A DNA stretch of 64,000 nucleotides from assembly GCA_051294375.1 (NCBI GenBank), contig CM119263.1:7444640-7508639 (forward strand), read 5' to 3'. A program made the translations under genes and the position numbers. Source of the stretch: Paraspadella gotoi (taxonomy: Eukaryota > Animalia > Chaetognatha). Below are positions 54,071-64,000 of this stretch, in pieces. How positions within the stretch are numbered: the stretch's first letter is position 1; each line of letters opens with the position of its first letter. The notes below the pieces were generated by a model. The model was not told the DNA's origin. It did no database searches and saw only the letters and a program-made list of their open reading frames with translations.

Positions 54071-57000
54071 TCTCTTATCGAGAAAAACATCTTCTTTGGC
54101 GATCAAAGTTGCGACAGTTGAAACGAAGCGTTTTTTTTTCTTTCGGGTTTAAGAAAAATATATATCTGGCTTCTTTGAGACAATTTTGACATAGAGATTC
54201 GTTTATTTGTTGTTTATATTTTTATGTTTTAAAACGTCTACGCCAAGAATAATATATAAAACCCAGGGCGTTATCGAACGGTATATGCGTTCTGATTTTC
54301 CTTTAAATTCTTTTATAATCTTCTCTTTCCTTCTTTTTATTTCCTTTCTTTTCCTGTTTCAAAATTAAAAATCCAATTTTCACAATTTTTTGGGTTGAGA
54401 CACTTTTTCGGGTCGTGTCTGTCGGTCGTATGTCAGTCCGTCGGTCTGTCCACTTATAGTCCCTCGCTCATTTGTAAGAGCAGGAAAAAAACTTCAAATT
54501 ACGATTGTCTTTGCCAAAAAAAAAAAAAAAACAAACAAAAAAACAACAAAATTCAAATCCAAGTGACCGTAGCGCCGCCTTCAGGAGATTCCTAAAACTA
54601 TAGAGAAATAAAATACGAGCTCAGAAGTCACTCCGATGCCAAGCCGCACATTTGAATTTTCCGTCTTTTGATTCCTTTTGACCCCGCTTCTTGTCGTTCT
54701 TCTCTATAGGACCAAAATTTGTCGTGGACAAAGACTTGTCAAAGTTCGTCTTCGTTCGTCGAAGTTTGACTTCCATCGTCTCTTTCCGTCAGACTTAATA
54801 AAATCTCATTATCGTCGTCCCGAAGTTTAATTTATTAATTTATTAGATTCAATCGCATAATATCAGTAATGAGATATAATTAACGAGAGCCGTAGATTAA
54901 AGCATATTAAAAGGTATAAACCCAACCCGATCCCATGGCCAGCGAAAAAAATATAGCTATTTACAAACTGCTTCCTCTTAAGACGGAATGAAACCGATGT
55001 CAAAATCCCAAACGGTCCGATTCAAAAAAGATATGACCGCGCCGAGGGGTCGCTCATCTCCGTCACAAATTGTCAGACTACAAAGTCGGTCATCTTTCTC
55101 CCAGTCGATTAGGTCAGAAGCGACCTTCAAATCCGTCAAAAAAAACCGCGCTCCGCCGCCCTCGGCCGCTGCTTGCTGCCGGCTCCGCCGCTGTGCTGCC
55201 GCCCGCCGCCCGTCCGTGGGATTATCGAGCCTTCGTTCTCGTTTTCTCGGTTCCGGTTTCGTCTGTTCATCGTCATCCATTCTGGCGCAGTTGGGCCAAT
55301 CGATCGTTAACTTCGCTATCGTTATTCGCTAATTAGTTTTATTATCATTGATAACTTTTTATACTCATTGTTAAACGACGTCATAGATTGATAAACTTTA
55401 TTAACTTTATTAAATATTCGCAAAACTGGTGACTTAAAATCCACCAAATTTCTACTCTTTTGCATATTTTAATTTTCCTTCTCTTTCGGTTACGAGCGTG
55501 TTAGTTTATAACATTTATCAGTTGCAAAAACGTCATCTGGTCCGAGTCACCATCCTTTCATTTATTTCCGCCACCATCTGTACATCATCACATCCATCCT
55601 TTACTTTAATTCTCTCCCTTAATCCTATTTCCTTACCCCAAACCATCTGTCCTTTCCTTTTTCCTACCCTCGCTTCCGACTGAATCGGCCCGCCTCGTTC
55701 CATGCAGAGACCGCGATGATATATTAAACTGCTGCCAACTGGCCTCCGAGTCATCTAATCCGGAGTAAGGAAGAAGTCGCATCTCATTCCATTCTCTCCT
55801 TATCCACACCCTTCTCGCTACTTCGATTTAAAAAACGCCCACGCCTGAAGATACTCGCTGTTATCAAAACCACAGGTGCTCTGCTCCACGATCCGTCACC
55901 CTTCGACAACAACCCTAACCACCGCTGTACACAACCCTAGGACACCCTGCCCACAACTGCTCCTCATCCCCGACCCACTCCCTAACCCACGGTCCAGCCC
56001 ACACGGAGAATCTCTCTTATTTTTCATTTAAAAAGTAAAAAAATCTCGGAGGGAAATAAAAAAAATCCTTTGGTTCTGTGAACTCAAGAGGAAGGAACAT
56101 GTTTGATGAGAAGAGGAGAGGATGAAGAGCGGAGAGAGAGGGAAGAGAGGCCAGAGAGAGTGTAGAGGGCCGTAGTGCCGGAGGGTGGGCGAAAGTGAGG
56201 GAGAGGGAAAAGGGAAATACAGAGCGAGAATCTGTCGCACTATCAAGAATTTTACTTATTTTATCTCGCGAATAGTTTAATAACAGATTGAGCCTCAGAA
56301 GAGAGAGAGATAGAGAGAGGAGAGTGGAGGAGAAAGGAGGAGAGAGAGAGAAGAGAAGGAGAGAAGAGGGAGAGAGAACGCGTGACTGGAGAACGCGTTG
56401 AGGGAATAGAGAGGAGAAAGAAGTGTATACAGTAAGGCCAACGATGGAAATACGATGAGAAACAGAGGACGCGGAATAAAAGTTACAAGGAGATCGCAGA
56501 ACATTGTTTTTGAGCTTTTCGCGGTTGTTTTTTGCAAAATGAAGTTGTAAGTTATTTGTAACGTTGTAGGTTAAAAAAAATGATTTTAAAATTTGAACCC
56601 AAAATGAAATTTATAAAAGGTGTAAGCATTAAAACATACATAATGTAGATCTCATAAATCTACAAATTAATAGCTAATTAAATCATCGAATTTAAAATTA
56701 ATTCTTTTAGTTCAAAGATTTGCTTCGGGTTATTAAAAAAAGTAATTTCTATTTATTTTAAAAAATTAGATAAAAAGAATTAAAAAAGATCAAACGTCAA
56801 ATTAGACCTTTTTGGAAAAAAAAAAAAAAAAAAAACTGAAACCTCATCATCGAAGAATCGATTCATGAAAAAATCAAAATCATTGAAAGTTAACGAATTT
56901 TATAAAAAAAAAAAAAATTATAAAAACAAAAAAGAAAGAAATACGAAACTCTCATCGCGTCTGTATATTGAAAAATGTTCAAGAAGATACACGAACGAGA

Positions 57001-57114
57001 GAGATCAATATTCAATCGACGAAACGACGGATAGAGAGAGAAGAGAGGAGAGAGGGAGAGAGGAGAAGGAGATGAGAGAGATTGGAAAGAGGAAAAGAGA
57101 GAAAGAGAGAGGAC

Positions 57115-57333
57115 TTTTTTAGCCAGTTGAGACTTACGTAAAAACATTCGAAAGTGTTAAAAAAGCGGCTAAAAAGACGTCGAGATTAGATAATAGAATC
57201 ATATAAAACTTCCTCTAATGGATAGAAAACCTTTTTTTTTATATTCCTTTGTGACTGAAGCGGTTATTAACCCTTTTGTCTTTTTTTTTATTGGACGAAA
57301 AAAAAAAGTTGACTCGGTTTTATGTCTTCATAT

Positions 57334-57364
<31 letters not shown>

Positions 57365-58011
57365 TCTCTCTGCTTCGACTCTCGTCTCTCATCTTATTTC
57401 TCTCTCCTTTCTCCCAGAAAAAAAAAATACAGCGCTCTCTCTGTCTCTGTCGTCTTCCTCTCTCTTATCTTCCATTTTGGCAACCCCCATTCAATTTCGC
57501 CATATTTGGAGAGCGAGAGAAAGAGATAGAACAAATTTTTTTTATATATAAGACGAACGCGAAAATCTGAGAATTGGAAAACCTAATTTTTTTTTCCTCT
57601 CTCTCTCTCTCTCTTCTCTCGCGCCATATTTCCTTCCGTGGTTGCCGCCGCCGACGCGATAGCCGGTACACTGCCGGTACTGCCGGTGTCGCCGGTGCAG
57701 AGCCGCTTCACTTTAACCCTTTTTTAGCCTCGATTTCGCCTCGAAAATCTCTTTTCCCTTCGAAGGCGTGATTTCAGTGGCACCGAGTCGCCAAGGGGTT
57801 AAGGAGGGGGGTGAGTTGGGAAGGGGGTATGGAACGAAACGGGGGACGGGGGGACGCTCGCGACACGGAAATTGGGAGGAAGGGGGGAAAGGGGGGGTGG
57901 CGACTCATCCCCGGTTGGTGGTGGACGATGGATTTACTGGAAATCGACGGTGGAGGAAAATTGTTTCGAGTTGGCGGCTCCGATGCGTTTAATGGAAACT
58001 CTCTCTCGGTC

Positions 58012-58061
<50 letters not shown>

Positions 58062-60335
58062 AAGGGTCAAAGGGCGATAAAATTCGGGCTTGGACTCGAT
58101 TTGGAAGGAAGCGTTAGAAAATAGGGTTGGACCGTTGAATTCCCCACTTATCAATCCAACCTCGTATCCGCTGGTTCCTCGTCATCCATATCAAATTGAG
58201 CCCACAAATTAACCCAAACAAACCACAGTCAACCCATACAAAATGATATTGTATCACATTTGAGTTAAAGAAAGGATTTTTTCTCAAATTTACCCGATCA
58301 TTGGCATTCGATTTTCGTATAACTGGAAGTTGGATAATGGATATCTGAGTTGAAATTCCTCGTTCTTTTCAAAACGACATACTGACAGAACTCTAGTACG
58401 AGGATGCATCCCGACACCTGCTACGACTGCCGACTCCTGTACGAGGTGGCATCCTCCGCGCGAGGTCATCTTCTTCCCCTTCGATTTTTAGGTCAACTCT
58501 GCTGAGACACGTCACGTGATTCGACGTCACGTCACGTGATTCTCGTAAAAAAAACTTACCCTTTCACAAGCGATCCACTCCTCACCTCACCAACTTTGTC
58601 TCTTACGCCCACGCGGAATTTTAGTAACACTGCCACTCGTTTTTATTCTCTTTCTAACCTCTCTTCTAAGCGGACTCTACTCTTTTGAATTACCAACGCT
58701 TCCCCTCTTGCATGACCCTTACCATCCCCACCCGATCCCTATTCTCCTTAATTCCCCTACCTACCCTTCCTTCCCGAATCACCCCATAAACCTCCGGACG
58801 CCGAAATAATAAAAACTCTCTCGCCGAAAAATTCCTTCGGAAAAAAAAAAAAGTCCCACTTTTTCCTTCGGACTTTCGGGTGAACTAAAGCATCGGCGGC
58901 GGCGGCGGCGGAGGCGCTGCGGCGCCAGTGACAAAAGCAGCGACAGCCGTCGGCGCCGCCTGGAAAAAAAAAAGTAGATCTCGATTAAAAACGTGCTTGG
59001 ATTCAGCGGTGATAATTTGGACGAGGTTATAGGTGGGTAGAGTGAGCGGTTCAGTTTTTAAGCGTCTCTCACCGAAGATTGTGATATTTTCTCTCTTTTT
59101 TTGTGATACGTTTTTTTTTTGCCGCTGTCACTTCACTTTTATCTTCTCAAAAACTTTTCTTTTTTCCTTCCTTTTTCCAACTGAATTTGATACTTTTTAT
59201 ATTTTTCATGCTTTATATATTGAAGGGAAAAAAGTGAGATAACGCAGATAAATTCTTCGCGTCGACCACCGGGTTTTAAATAAAGGCGTGACCCGCGACG
59301 TGGGGTCAAAGGTGAGGACCGGGTGAGGTTAAGGGGAGTGGAGTGAAGGGTGGATGTGAAGGGTCTTGACTTTGGAATCGGAAAAGTAGAAGCAGTGGAG
59401 AAAAGGGAGAGCCTAAGAGGAATAAAGTAGGAAAGGAAGGGAGGGAAAATAGGGTTTAAACTTTAAAGAGGGAAGAGGGATGTGAGTATGACTGAAGGGA
59501 GATCTTAAAATTACAAAGTAAAGAATCGAAGCGATAAAAGTAAAAAGGGGTAGGACTCACGCGAGAATCACCGAGGCCTTAAATTTGTGAGGAACAGAAA
59601 ATCATCACTCGAAAAATGCAATCCGGTCGAAGAACGTTAGAACTTTGTAGAAATCGGTCGCTTCGTTTTAATAATAATATATTCCTTTCAAAAATCAACA
59701 ATTCATTTTCCTACCGGATGAGAAACTTAAAATGAAAATCAACTGAACTTATAATTCTTTTAAATAATTCACTCATTATTATCTCTATCACAATCGCTTC
59801 GCCACTTTGTTCTTTTCTCGCCGATCAGCCTCGCTTCGCACGATCAGGTTAGAAGGTCGACCGAGCGGCGATACTCTTCGGCGGCGGAGGTTATCACCGA
59901 AGTCGCCGTGAAAAACAGAGACTGTATTCAATGCTGATGCCAAATGCAAAGACTGTATTCGATGCTGATTCCAAATGCAGTGACAGTCGTCGCTTACGAA
60001 GCCATATGCAGTGACTGTTTTTAATGCCGAGGCAGTTTTTGATGCCTGATGCAAAAGCATCACCAATATTCAAGGGACAAAATTAGAGGCGCGAACAGAC
60101 AAATGCCGTTCAAGACACGCCCTTTTTCCTTCGATTAACGAACGAAAACCGACGCACAATAATCACGTGACCCTAACATTAAATTGCTTAAATAAAATTG
60201 CGCATTTTATCCCGTCTATCGCTCTTTAATTATTTATGCTTTATACTTCGGACGCCGAAGAATTGCGAAATTTCGGGCGAAAATCTGTGTGACACCAAGT
60301 GGGACCAGCGTCTTGCCTTTCATCCACACTTGTAA

Positions 60336-60384
<49 letters not shown>

Positions 60385-60826
60385 CTTGACTTTTCTGAGG
60401 CTAATCATTAAGACGCTTTTTTAATAACAATAACAAGAACCATTCCATTCTCCAAAAACATTTCCCTTTCCGCCAACTCGTAACAGTAGCCATAAGTTCT
60501 CACTTTTCGGCCCCCGGCCAAAACTCTCTCCCTCACCCTCCACTTTATCGCGCCCCCTTTCCCCGCCAGCCCCACTCCCTCGTCCCCTCCGTATATAAGC
60601 TTGTTTTCTCGGACGATCGTTTGGTCACAACTCACAAGAACCCCAAGGAATATAAATTTGTGATCCGGTCTCGACGACGCCCGCTCGCGGCAGCAGGCGA
60701 CGGCAGCGCAGGGCGGCAGCAGCGGCCGCAGCGACTGTTGTCGCGCTCAACGAAGAAGAAGACCATTACTGCGTTTTTCGATTTCGATTTATTCAAACAA
60801 GGGTCAGCTGTTTGCGGTTATTACAT
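57115..60826 (+). repeat. Large direct duplication, copy 2 (indel-rich, lacks the 2.2-kb insertion)
   Basis: Collinear with 47729-51020 and then 53230-53714. Confidence 0.96.
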
Positions 60827-61143
60827 GAAGTCTCGACCAAGAAAAAGAGGGAATCGGTGGGAGGGGGAGGGAGCGGTGTGGGTTTTTGTATTGGGGTGGC
60901 TGGGAGGTGGGAGAGGGAAAAGGGGGTAAGGGAGGATATCACGCTGGTTAGAGAGATCTGTCGATTGCTCTGGAGGGCAGGGGATTCGAACGGAGAAAAG
61001 GGGCGTATGCTTTTCGAGTGAAAAGTGTGCGTCGGATCTTGGGAGTGGAGGCGTTTGGTTTGGGAATGATGCGATAAGGGTTAGACTAGCGCAATAGCCA
61101 CCCCTGGGGGGGTGGAAGGACCCACCTCTCTCCATTTTCTCCC

Positions 61144-62070
61144 CCAACACCCCATCTCAGCCGCCTTCGACGTCGTGGAGTANNNNNNNNNNNNNNNNNN
61201 NNNNNNNNNNNNNNNNNNNNNNNNNNNNNNNNNNNNNNNNNNNNNNNNNNNNNNNNNNNNNNNNNNNNNNNNNNNNNNNNNNNNNNNNNNNNNNNNNNNN
61301 NNNNNNNNNNNNNNNNNNNNNNNNNNNNNNNNNNNNNNNNNNNNNNNNNNNNNNNNNNNNNNNNNNNNNNNNNNNNNNNNNNNNNNNNNNNNNNNNNNNN
61401 NNNNNNNNNNNNNNNNNNNNNNNNNNNNNNNNNNNNNNNNNNNNNNNNNNNNNNNNNNNNNNNNNNNNNNNNNNNNNNNNNNNNNNNNNNNNNNNNNNNN
61501 NNNNNNNNNNNNNNNNNNNNNNNNNNNNNNNNNNNNNNNNNNNNNNNNNNNNNNNNNNNNNNNNNNNNNNNNNNNNNNNNNNNNNNNNNNNNNNNNNNNN
61601 NNNNNNNNNNNNNNNNNNNNNNNNNNNNNNNNNNNNNNNNNNNNNNNNNNNNNNNNNNNNNNNNNNNNNNNNNNNNNNNNNNNNNNNNNNNNNNNNNNNN
61701 NNNNNNNNNNNNNNNNNNNNNNNNNNNNNNNNNNNNNNNNNNNNNNNNNNNNNNNNNNNNNNNNNNNNNNNNNNNNNNNNNNNNNNNNNNNNNNNNNNNN
61801 NNNNNNNNNNNNNNNNNNNNNNNNNNNNNNNNNNNNNNNNNNNNNNNNNNNNNNNNNNNNNNNNNNNNNNNNNNNNNNNNNNNNNNNNNNNNNNNNNNNN
61901 NNNNNNNNNNNNNNNNNNNNNNNNNNNNNNNNNNNNNNNNNNNNNNNNNNNNNNNNNNNNNNNNNNNNNNNNNNNNNNNNNNNNNNNNNNNNNNNNNNNN
62001 NNNNNNNNNNNNNNNNNNNNNNNNNNNNNNNCCAACACCCCATCTCAGCCGCCTTCGACGTCGTGGAGTA
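61144..62070. other. Assembly gap (61183-62031) flanked by an identical 39-bp sequence; probable contig overlap
   Basis: ccaacaccccatctcagccgccttcgacgtcgtggagta at 61144-61182 and 62032-62070. Confidence 0.85.
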
Positions 62071-63161
62071 GGGTGAGAGAAAGATTAATTGAGTAACGTG
62101 AACTCTGTCGTCCGACGAAATCAACTTAAAAATGAGTCTTCGACGATCGATCATTTTCCATGGAGCAACACAATTTTTTTTTCTTCATTCGTCCATGATT
62201 CTCAAAGAAAAGTGGGGAGGGAGGGGAGTCGGAGGCTTGTGACAGATTATGGTCGAAAACGGGCGGCCGATGTGCGCCACCCGATTGTCCCCCTTCGGTC
62301 TTGACATTTCGAAACAAGAAACTCCCTTAAATCTCCTGTCCCCATCCTCCCCTTAAAAAAAAAAAGGAGAAAGGACGAACTGAAGACGAAAGATCGAAAA
62401 ACGAATTCGCTGACATTTTTTTTTATTTCAAAGTCAACTTATCTCCTGATAATTTTTTTTTCTCTTTTTTTGCTTTTCTACTTTTTTTTATGTTTTTCTT
62501 TTTTGAGGGCAAAAGAAAAATCTATATCTTTTTTTTCTTTGCTCCCGCGCNNNNNNNNNNNNNNNNNNNNNNNNNNNNNNNNNNNNNNNNNNNNNNNNNN
62601 NNNNNNNNNNNNNNNNNNNNNNNNNNNNNNNNNNNNNNNNNNNNNNNNNNNNNNNNNNNNNNNNNNNNNNNNNNNNNNNNNNNNNNNNNNNNNNNNNNNN
62701 NNNNNNNNNNNNNNNNNNNNNNNNNNNNNNNNNNNNNNNNNNNNNNNNNNNNNNNNNNNNNNNNNNNNNNNNNNNNNNNNNNNNNNNNNNNNNNNNNNNN
62801 NNNNNNNNNNNNNNNNNNCGTCGTCGTCGTCGTCGTCGATGTCGTCGAAAAACGAAATTCGATATGACGTCCGATTCCTTTAACCCTTTTCAATTCTTTT
62901 TTTCTTTTTTCTTTTTTTTTTTCTTTTCACGAGCAGACGGTTGCACGTGAACGTTGGATGAGCGCGTGTGATGATCATTTGGTTAAATTCACAATTGAGA
63001 AAAAGTAAAATTGACTTCAGAATTGACTCTTTGTTTGTTTGAAATATAACTATTTGTACGTCTAAAACTTGGGGGTTTTTGGGTTTTTTTTTTTAATTAT
63101 TGCGCTTCCTAGAGGGAATTTTTAACAATTGACACATTTTGTCGCCTCTAAGATTCGCTCT

Positions 63162-63614
63162 CTATTCAACGACAGGTGGGAGTGGACAGGAGTTGCCAGG
63201 AGTGGACAGGAATGGACAGGAGTGGACCGGGGTGGACAGGAGTGGACCTGCGTGGTCTAAAAGATCTTCATCATCCAGAGGGAGGAATGAGAAGGGATCA
63301 GTTGTTGCCGGGCGGAGAACTTGGCTGGCATCAAGTGCTTGGGAGTCAATGAGGGATTCGTTGTAATGTGGACGACGACGACGACGACGACGACGACATC
63401 TGGACGAAGCGATCATCGCCCGTTGACGCCCGCTCGTCCCATTGGGCAAGGGAGAGTGGCTATGAGCAAAGCTCCGTCCCGGGGGGTCAATCATGATGAG
63501 GAGGGGGGCGGAGACGGAGGAGGAGAGGGGGAAGAGGAAGGACGAGTGGGAAAAGGATTGCTTCTTGTGGAAAGGCGATGTGGCCATTGTTGAGGGAATA
63601 AAGAACCTTTTTGT
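63162..63614 (-). CDS. Candidate low-complexity exon/ORF (141-150 codons), product unknown
   Basis: Track ORF 63162..63587 extends in frame to an acceptor after (CT)n(CA)n-cAG at 63615, and a possible donor GTGAGT lies at 63860. The ORF includes (GAC)n and 10-bp repeats, so it may be open by chance. Confidence 0.2.
   Translation of the reverse strand, partial: TKRFFIPSTMATSPFHKKQSFSHSSFLFPLSSSVSAPLLIMIDPPGRSFAHSHSPLPNGTSGRQRAMIASSRCRRRRRRRRPHYNESLIDSQALDASQVLRPATTDPFSFLPLDDEDLLDHAGPLLSTPVHSCPFLSTPGNSCPLPPVVE
63178..63250. repeat. 10-bp tandem repeat (GAGTGGACAG), about 7 units
   Basis: Read directly. Confidence 0.88.
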
Positions 63615-63615
63615 C

Positions 63616-63648
<33 letters not shown>

Positions 63649-64000
63649 GGAATCCTCCTGTTCTCACCTTATCATCAATTCCCCCATTCGTCCGGCGACG
63701 ACCGAACGAATCCGGAAAATCCGGCCGAATCTCTGCGATTAACAGACTAACTTTTCCGGCTCATAATTTTTACGACCCTCACTGTATTCCACCTCCCACT
63801 GTTTCTTTCCTTCTCGAGATCGCACATTCACGCGTTCACGAATCGAAGAGTGAGACTCACAGATGCACGCAAAAATTCGTACGCCCGCACAAAAACTCTC
63901 TCTTACTCATCTCTTGTTTTTTGTGCCAACCGTAACTATTTTCGTTTTTCTTTTTTGTAGTTACGGAACTCAAATTTTCCAAAATCTGTTATTGATATGT

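Noticed and set aside
55905-56000. CCCTAA motifs (and GGTTAGGG at ~49941) as telomeric repeats
   Set aside because: Isolated hexamers, not tandem arrays.

Overview
This is eukaryotic (probably invertebrate animal) nuclear DNA from a gapped draft assembly. It is almost entirely non-coding, very rich in (GA/CT)n, (GAC)n, (GCC)n, (TCTA)n and (TTTC)n microsatellites, and shows no obvious CpG depletion. I recognise no named gene, rRNA, tRNA, miRNA or CRISPR array. Nearly all listed ORFs are translations of simple repeats or N-runs, and only a few candidate exons and promoters are weakly supported. The main structure is three large near-identical duplications that differ mostly by small indels: direct 17.6-18.2/19.4-20.0 kb, fold-back 32.8-35.0/35.1-37.2 kb, and direct 47.7-53.7/57.1-60.8 kb. 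Together with three gaps of exactly 25 N, these point to long-read gap-filling artefacts or uncollapsed haplotypes. Two of the duplications are informative because one copy carries a mobile element and the other shows the empty site. One is a ~2.2 kb non-autonomous TIR element inside a (CT)n microsatellite (51024-53216). The other is a hairpin-terminated Helentron/HINE-like element at a T-tract (from 18179). I did not find convincing evidence of a new multi-gene system. The best leads are the microsatellite-inserted TIR element, the HINE-like family and the clustered TCACGTGA motifs.
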